IMG/VR virus record: IMGVR_UViG_3300025809_001850
DNA: 64,000 nucleotides
Reading direction: 5' to 3' (one strand)
Origin: a virus
Taxonomy: Duplodnaviria; Caudoviricetes
The notes beneath the pieces are model-generated. The model was not told where the DNA came from. It was given only the letters and a program-made list of their open reading frames with translations, and did not search any database. Positions within the stretch are counted from its first letter, which is position 1. Each line of letters opens with the position of its first letter. This document shows positions 1-10,531 of this stretch, in pieces. A program made the translations under genes and the position numbers.

Positions 1-2
1 AT

Positions 3-908
3 TTGGACTTTGCTTTAAACTGGTTAAAGTATATTCGTGCATTGAATATGCAGAACATGGTGATAATGTATTGTTTGGATGACGAATCATTTGAACATAT
101 GTCCACAGAAAAAGACATTGAAAGTAAACGTTGGATAAGTTCTAATTTTCATATAGAAACCACTTCCGAGTTTCACCAAAAAGGATGGGATGCACTAATG
201 TGGAACAAAATGGAGGCTGCACATCAGTTGCTTACGCAAGGGTACAATGTTCTTTATGCTGATACCGACATCAACTTTTTAAAGAATCCATTATCAGACC
301 TTGAAAAAATTTGCGAAGAAGGAAATTATGATGTGGCATTTCAAGTTGCAGGTGGAGCAAGCATTTGTCCTGGTTTCTTTTATGCCAAAAGTAATGCTAA
401 AACAATTCATTTGTTTAACATTGACCGAGAAGATTTCAAACAAGGATACATTGAAACAAACGAAGACGGAGAAATCAAACAACGCAAATTTAAAGAAGAT
501 ATGATGCTTCTTAATCTTCGTTTGCATCGTGCGATTGAACCTGATGATATAAATTATGTACAACTTAGTGCGAATGGTTATCCACAGGGAGTTCATTGGG
601 AACGCAACATTAAAAATCGTGGTCGTGAACGAGCAGAACAAGACGCATTTATTGTTCACTTTAATTGTACTGTAGGTTGGAGCAACATTGATGAAATGAC
701 TGCAAACGGACTTCACAACTTTGATTATCATCAACGTAAAGTATGGAATATGCTTCGTCATGATATGTGGAAAGGAGATGTACCAGAAGGTATGATTGTA
801 CCGAAGGAAATTGTGGAAATGAAACCAGGACCTTTAACGAAAGCATTTCGAGCAGAAAAACGATCAAGAAGAGGTCGCAGAAAACGCACAGAAAACAAAG
901 CAAACTGA
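3..908 (+). CDS. nucleotide-diphospho-sugar transferase (GT77/Nucleotid_trans-like), 5' end may lie outside the window
   Basis: Motifs LMWNKM..YNVLYADTDINFLKNP (DxD), ICPGFFY, YPQG..FIVHFN; paralogous to 7906 and 14591. Confidence 0.7.
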   Translation: MDFALNWLKYIRALNMQNMVIMYCLDDESFEHMSTEKDIESKRWISSNFHIETTSEFHQKGWDALMWNKMEAAHQLLTQGYNVLYADTDINFLKNPLSDLEKICEEGNYDVAFQVAGGASICPGFFYAKSNAKTIHLFNIDREDFKQGYIETNEDGEIKQRKFKEDMMLLNLRLHRAIEPDDINYVQLSANGYPQGVHWERNIKNRGRERAEQDAFIVHFNCTVGWSNIDEMTANGLHNFDYHQRKVWNMLRHDMWKGDVPEGMIVPKEIVEMKPGPLTKAFRAEKRSRRGRRKRTENKAN

Positions 909-943
909 TATTTATTATAAAAAGTATTTAATGGAGAGAAAAA

Positions 944-3061
944 ATGGCAGATAAAATTAAAATAAGAGCAGGTACAGGTTTACAAACTACATTACAAAGT
1001 ACAGTAAACTACGCACAAGCATTCACAGAGTTGGCAAAAAATAGTTTGCAAAATGGAGCAACATATTGTGATATAGACATCGTAAACGCAGAAACAGAAA
1101 CTTACATAAAAGTAACTGATGATGGTCGTGGATTTGATCATGTTCGTGATGAAGAATACAATTTGAATGACTTTGAAAAATACTTCACGTTTGGTACTTC
1201 GTTTGATTTAGACAAACATGGAGATGGACCAAAACTCGGCAAAATGGGTATCGGTGGAAAGGTAAGTAACGATAAATTATCAATTGCAGGTGAATCTCAT
1301 TGGCAAATTCACACCAAGAATATTCACGGAAACTGCTTTGTAGTTGATTTTAATCCACCACAGGGTGCTAATTTCTTTGATGATTATCAACCACGTTGTG
1401 TAGAAGTGAAACCGGAAGATTCTTTAATCAAAACCAAAACTGGAACAGAAGTTAGAATTTTGAATGTCAATAAAGAATTTTTGAATACCGATTATGAAGC
1501 ATCTGTAAAAGCAGAATTGTTGCAATTTTTTGCTCATCTTATTGTCTCATACAAAAAGAACAATAAAATGCTTGATATTATTTTCATGGGAAATAAACTT
1601 GATTTTGATATTGATTTGAACGGAAATTATCGTGGTAAGATCACACGTACATTTAGTTATGAAATTGCAGGTGAAACAAAACATTCCACCTTTGAAATTG
1701 CTCTTAATGAATTTCGTGGAAGAATTCGTAGACAAAAAAACTCAAGTATTGTAAAAGCACTTGAATTAATTTCAGAAGTAAAAGTATGTGACATTCATTT
1801 AAACAATGAAGAAATTATTGAAAATATATTGTTAAAGTTATCCAAAGAAGAAAATACAGATATCGATGATACAGACTTTATGGGTAGAATGCATGGTTTT
1901 ATTGGTTATGTTCGTTGTGATGATTTAAGTAGAATTGAAGATGATCGTGGTATGATTGCAAAAAACATCTCTCACCACGGATTGAATGATGAACATCCTA
2001 TGGTAAAACCATTTCTTGTTGAAGTATATTATGTGGTGATGAAATTATTATACAATATATCTGCTTTGAATGTAAGAAAATCTACACGAACGGTAATGAA
2101 CAAAAATCTTATTGCGTATAATGTCGCAAAACTTTTGGCAAATGATTTTTCTAATGACATGGAAATTCTTACTGACAAAAAAATGTTGGGTTTGGACACT
2201 GTACAAAAAATAGATAACGCAGTTCAAAGAGACGATTTGGTATTAGAAAAATTACTCGGAAATACATACACTCCAACTGATAAACCAAACAAAGAATCAA
2301 CTGATAAACCAAACAAAGAATCAACCGATAAACCAAACAAAGAATCAACTGAAAACGAAACAGAAAACCTTCATACAATTAAACTTGATGAAAAGAACGA
2401 TAAAGTTGAAGACTCCAATACAGCACCAAACTCGGTGACGATAAATGACGAAGAAGTTGCCAAGGAACACAAACAATCAGAATCCTCACCTGCACCTGCA
2501 CCGACACCGAAAACATCGATGGTAGGTTCTATTGTAGATTCCACCAAGAAAAGATTTAATGAAGAGTCTGGTGATAACTCCGAAGCATCAACAGAGTATA
2601 CACAGATGACTCTTCCTGAATATAGAAAAATGTTATTGAAACGTTCTGGACTCAGAATTGATATAGAAGAATTAAAAGATGAAATAACAAGTGGAAATAA
2701 GACTGCAAAGAATACAAATAAACTCAACGAACTTGAACTTGAACTTCACACCATTGAAAATGTAATAAGTGGAATAAAGTTGTTTTATGCGATTGATTAT
2801 ATAGATAATCCTATGGTAATTTCAACTATTCGTGAATATCGTGATGGATTTATCATCGTAGTTAATGAAAACAATGTTCGTTATCGTTCAATTCAGTCCG
2901 ACATCATGTCACTTGCTCTTCATGTTGCAGAAGCAATGATCAAAGAAATCATTTATATTGAAGATAAAACGATTGATAAAGACCGTTTAGATTCTGAGTT
3001 ATCAAAATTCTACGAACGTCATTACAAACAATTACTAGGAAACGATTTACTTTCAATGTAA
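944..3061 (+). CDS. GHKL (HATPase_c, MORC/MutL/Hsp90-like) ATPase with acidic low-complexity linker
   Basis: N-box FTELAKNSLQNG, G1 VTDDGRGF, G2 GKMGIGGK, G3 TGTEV; GGAG SD upstream. Confidence 0.75.
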   Translation: MADKIKIRAGTGLQTTLQSTVNYAQAFTELAKNSLQNGATYCDIDIVNAETETYIKVTDDGRGFDHVRDEEYNLNDFEKYFTFGTSFDLDKHGDGPKLGKMGIGGKVSNDKLSIAGESHWQIHTKNIHGNCFVVDFNPPQGANFFDDYQPRCVEVKPEDSLIKTKTGTEVRILNVNKEFLNTDYEASVKAELLQFFAHLIVSYKKNNKMLDIIFMGNKLDFDIDLNGNYRGKITRTFSYEIAGETKHSTFEIALNEFRGRIRRQKNSSIVKALELISEVKVCDIHLNNEEIIENILLKLSKEENTDIDDTDFMGRMHGFIGYVRCDDLSRIEDDRGMIAKNISHHGLNDEHPMVKPFLVEVYYVVMKLLYNISALNVRKSTRTVMNKNLIAYNVAKLLANDFSNDMEILTDKKMLGLDTVQKIDNAVQRDDLVLEKLLGNTYTPTDKPNKESTDKPNKESTDKPNKESTENETENLHTIKLDEKNDKVEDSNTAPNSVTINDEEVAKEHKQSESSPAPAPTPKTSMVGSIVDSTKKRFNEESGDNSEASTEYTQMTLPEYRKMLLKRSGLRIDIEELKDEITSGNKTAKNTNKLNELELELHTIENVISGIKLFYAIDYIDNPMVISTIREYRDGFIIVVNENNVRYRSIQSDIMSLALHVAEAMIKEIIYIEDKTIDKDRLDSELSKFYERHYKQLLGNDLLSM
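2274..2352 (+). repeat. 24-bp tandem repeat x3.3 (caactgataaaccaaacaaagaat) encoding STDKPNKE
   Basis: Read directly; one substitution in copy 3. Confidence 0.95.
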
Positions 3062-3070
3062 GGTTTAAAA

Positions 3071-3745
3071 ATGATAAACCACGATATTAAATGCATATTC
3101 ATTCATATACCAAGAACTGCTGGTTCAAGTATATCAACTGCGTTATCTCAACGCAAAAAAGATGGTGAACGATTTGAAAAAACAAAACGTGATCCAAACG
3201 AATCCAAGAAGATTCACTTTAGTGTAGAACAGGCACAAAAAATGTTCGGCATGGATGTGTGGGAAGAGTATTTGACGTTCGCATTCGTAAGAAATCCGTG
3301 GGACAGACAAGTATCTCAATATCAATGGAGACTTGCCAAAGGAGAACGAGACGTTGCCAAACGTGACTTTAAAGAGTGGACAAAGTGGAGATGGGAAGGT
3401 TGGTTAAACTGGTTAGAGAATCCACGCAAGGTTATTCGTGGTGTTCCACAACTTGGACACCGTGATCGTGCAGTTGTATTGACAAAAGCATTTGATGAAA
3501 TCTACGATGAAAAAGAAGACAAGATTTTAGTGGACTTTGTGGGTCGTTATGAAAATCTTAGAGAAGATGTTGAAACTTTGTGCGGAAAACTGGGTGTAGA
3601 CAAGGACATCCTGTTACCCCACAAGCACAATGCAAAAAATCGTCCTCATTATACTGAATTCTACGATGATGAAACAATTGAAATTGTTCGTAAATTTTAC
3701 AAGAATGACATTGAAGTTCTTGGGTATAAATATGGGGAAAACTAA
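3071..3745 (+). CDS. carbohydrate sulfotransferase (Sulfotransfer_2/CHST-like)
   Basis: 5'-PSB HIPRTAGSS, 3'-PB FAFVRNPWDRQVS, C-terminal DFVGRYENL. Confidence 0.85.
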   Translation: MINHDIKCIFIHIPRTAGSSISTALSQRKKDGERFEKTKRDPNESKKIHFSVEQAQKMFGMDVWEEYLTFAFVRNPWDRQVSQYQWRLAKGERDVAKRDFKEWTKWRWEGWLNWLENPRKVIRGVPQLGHRDRAVVLTKAFDEIYDEKEDKILVDFVGRYENLREDVETLCGKLGVDKDILLPHKHNAKNRPHYTEFYDDETIEIVRKFYKNDIEVLGYKYGEN

Positions 3746-4278
3746 TGCTGTATTTATCTCTTGGGTCACAACCAGTTGTATCGTCTGTATTAAAAGGTTG
3801 TAATTTAAATACGAATTCAACTATTTTCGATAATGTCGGAGATTTATCATTTAAAACATTGTTGTTGTGTTTGAATACCCAATTCAAAGATTTTTTTCCA
3901 CCTGAAAATCAAATTCAAATTTATGGTGGAATTGTAAATGTTATCAATCAAGTTCCATATTATATAATTAAAGATAAAAGAAACGGAACATTATTTTATG
4001 ATGTATTGCCTGTAGGAAAGAAATCGGGTGCAATATACAACGGAGCAAAAACAAGGTATACAAAACTTGCTTCGGAATATACTAAAACAATTCAGACCAA
4101 TTCATCTATAATTTTTGTACGACAAATGCTTGATGATAACGAAAATGATACAATTGAATTGACGAACACTTTAAAATATGTTTATCCATCTTGTAGATTT
4201 TTTTTAAAACACAGATATGCAGGTATTGTGGAGAGTAAATGCTATCTATATTGGAAATCGGAGTTGTGTAAAATATGA
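3745..4278 (+). CDS. hypothetical protein, divergent DUF1796-like N-terminus
   Basis: N-terminal YLSLGSQ..STIFDN resembles the DUF1796 SLGxxC..PFDW pattern but lacks the Cys; coupled to neighbours. Confidence 0.35.
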   Translation: MLYLSLGSQPVVSSVLKGCNLNTNSTIFDNVGDLSFKTLLLCLNTQFKDFFPPENQIQIYGGIVNVINQVPYYIIKDKRNGTLFYDVLPVGKKSGAIYNGAKTRYTKLASEYTKTIQTNSSIIFVRQMLDDNENDTIELTNTLKYVYPSCRFFLKHRYAGIVESKCYLYWKSELCKI

Positions 4279-5027
4279 AAATATTATTTTTAATATTGGA
4301 TCATGCAAGTGTTTATGACCAATCAATTGCTTGTCAAAGAACATGGGTTAAAAATATTGACACCAGACACGAAATAATTTTTTTAGGTGACACCTCGATG
4401 CCGGGTAATATACTTTTACATGAGGTGTATAAACCTTTACACTCGGAAACTCGGTCAGATATAACTGAAAAAATTGTCAAGGGATTTAGACACTCGTTAA
4501 AAAAAGACTGGGATTATTTGGTCAGATGTGATACAGATGTATATTGTAATATATCTGAATTAGAAAAATTTTTAAATATTTGTGATAAAACCAAACCACT
4601 ATATGCAGGACATGGAGTTTACAGTCAGTCTCCAACGGGACATCCGAATTATATGGTGACTGATTTAAAAGATATACCGAAAAAGAAATACTGGTATTTT
4701 GCCCAAGGTGGGTTTTATATTCTATCAAGGTCTGCACTTGAAAAGACTATTGATGATATGTATTTTCCAGGTCCAATTGAACCGGAATCAGAAGATGTAA
4801 TGGTGGGAGATGTTATGAAACAACAAGAAATACTTTTAAGAGACAGACCTGATTTGTTCAATGTAGGTTGGGTTGGTGAAGGGTGGGGTGGAAACACTGA
4901 GTTGCCGAGAGAGAATACTTTATCTGAACATTTGGATATAATGAATAACAATTTTATTTCGACACACAAAGTAAATGCAAAGCAAATATATGCAATTCAC
5001 GAACTAATTGAAAAAAAATATGGATGA
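4275..5027 (+). CDS. GT31/fringe-like galactosyltransferase
   Basis: DYLVRCDTDVYCN, FAQGGFYILSR, EDVMVG motifs. Confidence 0.7.
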   Translation: MKILFLILDHASVYDQSIACQRTWVKNIDTRHEIIFLGDTSMPGNILLHEVYKPLHSETRSDITEKIVKGFRHSLKKDWDYLVRCDTDVYCNISELEKFLNICDKTKPLYAGHGVYSQSPTGHPNYMVTDLKDIPKKKYWYFAQGGFYILSRSALEKTIDDMYFPGPIEPESEDVMVGDVMKQQEILLRDRPDLFNVGWVGEGWGGNTELPRENTLSEHLDIMNNNFISTHKVNAKQIYAIHELIEKKYG

Positions 5028-5820
5028 TTATTGTGCATTATATTGTATTGGTGATACAAACTCAGAATATTTTGAGAATGGTTTACTTGTCAGTATAAGG
5101 TCACTTAGAAAAAGTAATCCAAATATACCAATTGAAATTTTTTATACAGATTTAAATAAATCGCAAATAAATAAATTATCAAAATATAATTTGACAAAGA
5201 TTAATCCAACTGGATTTTCGGAAGGAAGTCGTGACGATCTAGGAACTGCTATGTTTTTAAGGTTATATTGTGGAATATTACATAAAAAATATAAAAAAAT
5301 AATTTATTTAGATGGAGATACAATAATATTAGATAATTTAGATAAACTTGCAAATTTAAGTGAGTATCCAATTTATGCAAGAAACTGGATAAACTTAGAG
5401 CATTTGGAAACCAAGTGGAATGAGAAACTTTTCAATGAATTGAAACTTTCAACAAATGATTTCAATATAAATTCAGGTGTGCTTGTTATAGATCCAAAAT
5501 TTATGAATGAAACTAATTTTTGCGATAAAGCAAAAATGCTTGGTAATAATATAGGATTTGAAAACTTATATAATCCAGACCAAATCATTATTTATATGTT
5601 ATGTAAACAATTAAATTGTCTTGGTACATTTGATCTAACATGGAATTTTATGAAATATAAAGATTTTCAAACCGAAGATTTTGAGTTAAAAATAAATTCG
5701 AATAATTTAGTGTGTCCATTTTTATTAAATAAGAACCAATTTGTTAACATTGTTCACTATAATTCTACCGAAAAACCCTGGACGACAAATATGACAGAAG
5801 AGTATAAACAATTTGTATAG
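5020..5820 (+). CDS. glycosyltransferase family 8
   Basis: MFLRLY..IIYLDGDTII, INSGVLVI, PDQ, VHYNSTEKPW; ATG at 5020 preferred. Confidence 0.85.
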   Translation: MDDYCALYCIGDTNSEYFENGLLVSIRSLRKSNPNIPIEIFYTDLNKSQINKLSKYNLTKINPTGFSEGSRDDLGTAMFLRLYCGILHKKYKKIIYLDGDTIILDNLDKLANLSEYPIYARNWINLEHLETKWNEKLFNELKLSTNDFNINSGVLVIDPKFMNETNFCDKAKMLGNNIGFENLYNPDQIIIYMLCKQLNCLGTFDLTWNFMKYKDFQTEDFELKINSNNLVCPFLLNKNQFVNIVHYNSTEKPWTTNMTEEYKQFV

Positions 5821-5836
5821 TAATATTTATTTTAGA

Positions 5837-6577
5837 ATGAACAATGTCAAAAAAATATCAATGGTTGTAATGAACTGGTTAAGACCAGAAGTTCTTCAAA
5901 ATCATATTCTTCCTGATATGACAAAATACGAACTCATTGATGAAATCATAATTTCACATGGTCGTGAAGATACTTATTTTGAATTTGACCATCCAAAGAT
6001 TGTCAATCGTAAAGATTGGGGTGAAATAAATGAATATTATGGTCTTAGTCGAAGATTTTTGGCTGCATCGGAAGCAAGTAACGAAATAATATTGATGATA
6101 GATGATGACGAGTATCCAACTGAGGATGCAGTCAAAAAGATGTATGATATTCACACTGAAAATCCAAAAAGGATGATAGGACCATTTGGACAAAATTTAA
6201 GATGGGGTAACTACAACTTACATATGAGGTATGGAGATGTGTGTGTTTTAATAACAAAATGTACAATGTTTGAAAGAAGTTTATGTAATCACTTTTTCAA
6301 GCATATGCCAATTATGCGTGAAATTTTAAAAGAAGGTCAACCTTATTGGAACGGAGAGGATATTTTAATGTCAGCAGTTGCACGATTTCATTATGGGGTT
6401 AATAATCTTGGTGTAAAAAATTGTGGTAATATGAATCCCATTGAAGGTCGTGAAAATAAAAGAAATAGAGCAATTGCGAGTTGGAAAGGGCATCGTGAAT
6501 ATCGTGGCAAAGTAGTGTGGCATTGTGCCCGTTACTTTAATATATGGCACGAATGGACAGGAGAAAGCAATGAATAA
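5837..6577 (+). CDS. GT64 (exostosin/EXTL C-terminal-like) glycosyltransferase
   Basis: VMNWLRP, YGLSRRF, ILMIDDD, WNGEDILMS motifs. Confidence 0.65.
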   Translation: MNNVKKISMVVMNWLRPEVLQNHILPDMTKYELIDEIIISHGREDTYFEFDHPKIVNRKDWGEINEYYGLSRRFLAASEASNEIILMIDDDEYPTEDAVKKMYDIHTENPKRMIGPFGQNLRWGNYNLHMRYGDVCVLITKCTMFERSLCNHFFKHMPIMREILKEGQPYWNGEDILMSAVARFHYGVNNLGVKNCGNMNPIEGRENKRNRAIASWKGHREYRGKVVWHCARYFNIWHEWTGESNE

Positions 6578-7256
6578 TCCGTTTGACTTTTTTGATGAAA
6601 TATACTGCATAAATCTTGAGAGACGAACTGATAGATGGAATCAATGTCAATCTGAGTTTGATAAAATTGGAATTGCTGATCGTGTAATAAAATTTGATGC
6701 TTTTGATAACAAAGAAAATCCCAAGAAGGGTTGTTATGATAGTCATTTGAGTGTTATCAAGTTAGCATATGAAAGAAAACTAAAAAATGTATTGATCTTT
6801 GAGGATGATGTTGCTTTTTTAAAAAAATATGATGATAAAATATTAAGCAAATCAATTAAAAGTTTAAACGAAACAAATTGGGAATTTTTTTATTTGGGTG
6901 GTTTGGAGAGAAGAATTAAACCACGACCAAAATACAACCGTTTATCAAACGAGTGGCAAGGTGAGTTTAACGAAGAGTATGATTATATAATGGAATGTTC
7001 ATCGGTAGGTTGGGCGCACTCATTTGCAGTAAATTGTTCAATATTTGAACGTATTGTGAGTGACTACGACAATAACATTTGGAATGTTCTTGTGGAAAGC
7101 CATGACAGTCATCTTGATAGATATTATCAAGAAGTGCTAAAACCGAAAACTTATGTATGTGTACCTTCACTTACAACACAATACAATTTAGTGAGTGATT
7201 TGACACGCACTCGTACAAACCGAAATTTGAGATTAAATCCAACGGATAATATCTAA
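6570..7256 (+). CDS. glycosyltransferase family 25
   Basis: YCINLERRTDRW, GCYDSH, VLIFEDDV, FFYLG, AHSFAVN. Confidence 0.85.
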   Translation: MNNPFDFFDEIYCINLERRTDRWNQCQSEFDKIGIADRVIKFDAFDNKENPKKGCYDSHLSVIKLAYERKLKNVLIFEDDVAFLKKYDDKILSKSIKSLNETNWEFFYLGGLERRIKPRPKYNRLSNEWQGEFNEEYDYIMECSSVGWAHSFAVNCSIFERIVSDYDNNIWNVLVESHDSHLDRYYQEVLKPKTYVCVPSLTTQYNLVSDLTRTRTNRNLRLNPTDNI

Positions 7257-7909
7257 TGAAAAATCCATTTGATTTTTTTGATGAAATTTATTGTATAAAT
7301 CTTGATCATCGCACAGACAGATGGAAAAATGTGCAGACTGAATTTGAAAAACTTGGAATTGCAGATAGAGTGAAGAGAATATCTGCGGTTAATCGTGAAG
7401 ATGTAAAGAAAAAACACGGTGACTTGGTTACACATCTAAGTAATCCTAAACTTGGCCAACTTGCAGTTACAGAAAGTTCACGTAAATGCATAGAAGATGC
7501 AATCAAATGCAATGCAATAAATTGTTTAACATTTCAAGATGATGTTTGTTTTCGTAATTATGATGCTGATTTTTTTCGTGAAGCATTAAATGAACTTCCT
7601 GAGGATTGGGAAACTTTATTTCTTGGGTATGAGTGTTGGAAACGAAGGCAATTGAAACAAATACACTCAGAAAGACTTTTAAGAATTGAAAAGTTTTGGA
7701 TGGCACACGCAGTCGCAAACAATGCAAGAGTTTTTGACAGATTATATTTAGATATAGATAAAATACCAAATCCACTTGAAAACAGAGAAGGATCGCATGA
7801 AGAATTGTTGTGGGACTATAATAATTATGGTTTGAAATATGAACATAGATTTGCATTTCAAGTGGACAATGAAAATGATAGTGATATTAATGACGGAAAA
7901 ATTTTATGA
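7256..7909 (+). CDS. glycosyltransferase family 25
   Basis: YCINLDHRTDRW, TFQDDV, WETLFLG, AHAVA. Confidence 0.8.
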   Translation: MKNPFDFFDEIYCINLDHRTDRWKNVQTEFEKLGIADRVKRISAVNREDVKKKHGDLVTHLSNPKLGQLAVTESSRKCIEDAIKCNAINCLTFQDDVCFRNYDADFFREALNELPEDWETLFLGYECWKRRQLKQIHSERLLRIEKFWMAHAVANNARVFDRLYLDIDKIPNPLENREGSHEELLWDYNNYGLKYEHRFAFQVDNENDSDINDGKIL

Positions 7910-8721
7910 AAATAGTAAGTGCGTGTAATTTTGGATATTTGCCATTAACATTAAATTGGTTAAAATCATTAGAACTTCTTGGTTTACAAGAAAATGTATT
8001 ATTGTATTCACTTGATAAAAAAGTGCAAGAAGCATTAAATGAAAAGGGAGTAGAAAATATATTATGGGAGACTACCAAGTTTTCAGACATTCCAGAAGAG
8101 CATAACTCAATTCATTCAGATGCTTGGGCAGACATTGTATTTAGAAAAATAGAGTTAGTAAATGCGACATTGAAATCCGGTGAAGATGTATTTTTCACGG
8201 ATTCCGACATTATCTTTAAAAAGAATCCTATTGAACACTTGGAAGGGATTACCAAGAATTTGGACATGGTTATTCAATGTGAAGGACATCCCACTCGTAA
8301 TCCACTTGCTTGTAGTGGTGTTTATTATGCCAAAAGTTGCGAATCAACAATCAGTTTAACAACGGTTGACCTAGAGTATATGGAATGTGTGGCAAACAGA
8401 CTTGTAGGACTACGTAGAACTCCATTTAAGTTTGATTGCGACCAAGGGTACTTAAATGCAAGATTGGGATTAAAACCACGCACTTGGAAGTTTAACAAGA
8501 TGTTTGCAGATGAAGAAGTTCGTTTAGACGTAATGTCTGAACCACACACCAAGTTTGATTTTCTGTCAAGAGATGAATTTCCAACTGGTGATTATTGGTT
8601 GGACAATCAAGAACGAGTCAAGGATAGATGTTATTTGATTCACTACAATAGTCATCGTCTTCAGGGACCAATGGAGAACAAGATAAATCAAATGAAGAAG
8701 GATGGTAATTGGTTGATATGA
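7906..8721 (+). CDS. nucleotide-diphospho-sugar transferase (GT77-like)
   Basis: RKIELVN..VFFTDSDIIFKKNP, CSGVYY, DQG, FPTG..LIHYN. Confidence 0.75.
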   Translation: MKIVSACNFGYLPLTLNWLKSLELLGLQENVLLYSLDKKVQEALNEKGVENILWETTKFSDIPEEHNSIHSDAWADIVFRKIELVNATLKSGEDVFFTDSDIIFKKNPIEHLEGITKNLDMVIQCEGHPTRNPLACSGVYYAKSCESTISLTTVDLEYMECVANRLVGLRRTPFKFDCDQGYLNARLGLKPRTWKFNKMFADEEVRLDVMSEPHTKFDFLSRDEFPTGDYWLDNQERVKDRCYLIHYNSHRLQGPMENKINQMKKDGNWLI

Positions 8722-9476
8722 AAATAAAAAACAACATAACAAATTCATATCCAATCGCATTCCATTTAAATGGTGGATTTGAAAATTGCAAAGTTGGTTA
8801 CGATTTGTTTGACGATGAAACAATAAACAATTGGAATTGGAATTCAACAGAAGAATTGAGGGATGACGTGACTTTGTGTTTTGCAAAGTGGGGTGACGAA
8901 TCCAAGTTTGTATGTACCTTGGATGAGAACTTAAAAAGATTCAATATGTCTTATCTGAATATTGGAGAAAACTTCGATCCAACTAACTTCTCGTATGATG
9001 AATCAAGAGTACGCAAACCACATTTGTTGCATGAAAATTTAAATGAAATTACCACGAAATATATCATGGGGTGGGATGTTGACGTATTTTTTACGGAACA
9101 TCCAAATCACGTAGTTGAGAGATTTGAAAACGAGTTTGATTGTGAATGGTTGTTTAACGCAGAGAATACTTGCTTTCCAATGACTCGTCCACGGAAACAG
9201 GCAATGGGTCTTTATAGAAAGTGGAAGGAACACAATGATCTTGTTGGTGAATCTCCGTTCAAATATTTGAATTCCGGATTGTTCATTGCAAAGGTTGATT
9301 TCTTCAGAGAGATTTTTGAAGATATAATAAACACACCATTGTTTGAAGATCAAACTGATCAAGGTCAGTTTCATCAAATTTATAGAAAGTATTTTCCACG
9401 AATGCAAATTGATTATGGTTGCAGAATTTTTCAGTCTTTGTATAAGTTAGATGAAAATTGTTTGGAGGTGATATAA
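8718..9476 (+). CDS. PLOD/LH3 N-terminal glycosyltransferase-domain-like protein
   Basis: WDVDVFF, WLFNAENTCFP, FKYLNSGLFIA, DQTDQGQF, IDYGCRIFQSL resemble the GT domain of procollagen lysyl hydroxylases. Confidence 0.65.
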   Translation: MKIKNNITNSYPIAFHLNGGFENCKVGYDLFDDETINNWNWNSTEELRDDVTLCFAKWGDESKFVCTLDENLKRFNMSYLNIGENFDPTNFSYDESRVRKPHLLHENLNEITTKYIMGWDVDVFFTEHPNHVVERFENEFDCEWLFNAENTCFPMTRPRKQAMGLYRKWKEHNDLVGESPFKYLNSGLFIAKVDFFREIFEDIINTPLFEDQTDQGQFHQIYRKYFPRMQIDYGCRIFQSLYKLDENCLEVI

Positions 9477-9478
9477 AA

Positions 9479-10531
9479 ATGAAATATTTGACTATTACTA
9501 ATGAAATCTCCACACCGGGTCGAAGGTATATAAAAGCAAACCACGGACATCAGCTTAAAGATTGGATTGGTGGTCTTGTAATTTCTAAATTGCTTAAGTT
9601 AGAATATGTCCACACACCCTACGAATATTTAGATTTTTTTACAACTGATCAGTATGATTTGCAAATACATGATATGAAAAATCTTGATACACTGGATTTC
9701 AGTGACTTCTTGCAAAATAAACACGGAAGACATATAAATCAAATTTGGGGTCAATACCACGGCCACTATGTAGATCAAATAAACTTGCTCAGATGTGATG
9801 AACTTAATAAAATTTCAGATAATATTGTACTAAAAATAAATAACGGATCAAAAAAATGTAAAATTAAATCTGGATTCAAAAACATGAGGGTGTATAGAAT
9901 GCAACCCTGTGTAGTAAACCAATGGTTTCGTAATAAATTTATTTCACATAATATATTGGATGAAATAATAGATGAATTGACAAATAAATTTAAAAAATAT
10001 CATAAAAACTACAAAAGTTATTATGACACGGATAAAGTAAATGTTGCTGTTCATATTGGGCGTGGGGTTGACTATAATGATGAGTGGTTATTAAACCAAC
10101 CATCTTTCGTGGAACGTCATATGTTTAGTTTGAAGTATTTTGAAACCATTTTTAATCAACTTCGTGTAATTTACGGAGATAAAATTATTTTTCACATTTA
10201 TACTGAAGAAAATAATTCAGAGGAAATAGTATCTAAATTTTGTAATAAAAAAGATATAAAATTACATATTGGAAATAACAGAACTGATTTAAAATATAAT
10301 CTAGTACACGATATTTTCTATCATTTTGTAATGAGTGACATATTAATACCTTGTAATAGTGCGTTTAGTGTCGTTGCTTCTTATTACAGAAAGAACAAAA
10401 TAACTATTTATCATCCACATGAACATTTATTTGGTATGCCAAAAAAAAATGGATACATTCCAACATCGGAAGATGGAATATTTGATACTAAATTTGTTAG
10501 CAACTACACAAAGGAATGTGGTTATGGGTAA
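9479..10531 (+). CDS. fucosyltransferase-like (GT11/GT-B) glycosyltransferase
   Basis: GHQL, VAVHIGRGVD, FHIYTE, FYHFVMSDILI..SAFS. Confidence 0.6.
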   Translation: MKYLTITNEISTPGRRYIKANHGHQLKDWIGGLVISKLLKLEYVHTPYEYLDFFTTDQYDLQIHDMKNLDTLDFSDFLQNKHGRHINQIWGQYHGHYVDQINLLRCDELNKISDNIVLKINNGSKKCKIKSGFKNMRVYRMQPCVVNQWFRNKFISHNILDEIIDELTNKFKKYHKNYKSYYDTDKVNVAVHIGRGVDYNDEWLLNQPSFVERHMFSLKYFETIFNQLRVIYGDKIIFHIYTEENNSEEIVSKFCNKKDIKLHIGNNRTDLKYNLVHDIFYHFVMSDILIPCNSAFSVVASYYRKNKITIYHPHEHLFGMPKKNGYIPTSEDGIFDTKFVSNYTKECGYG

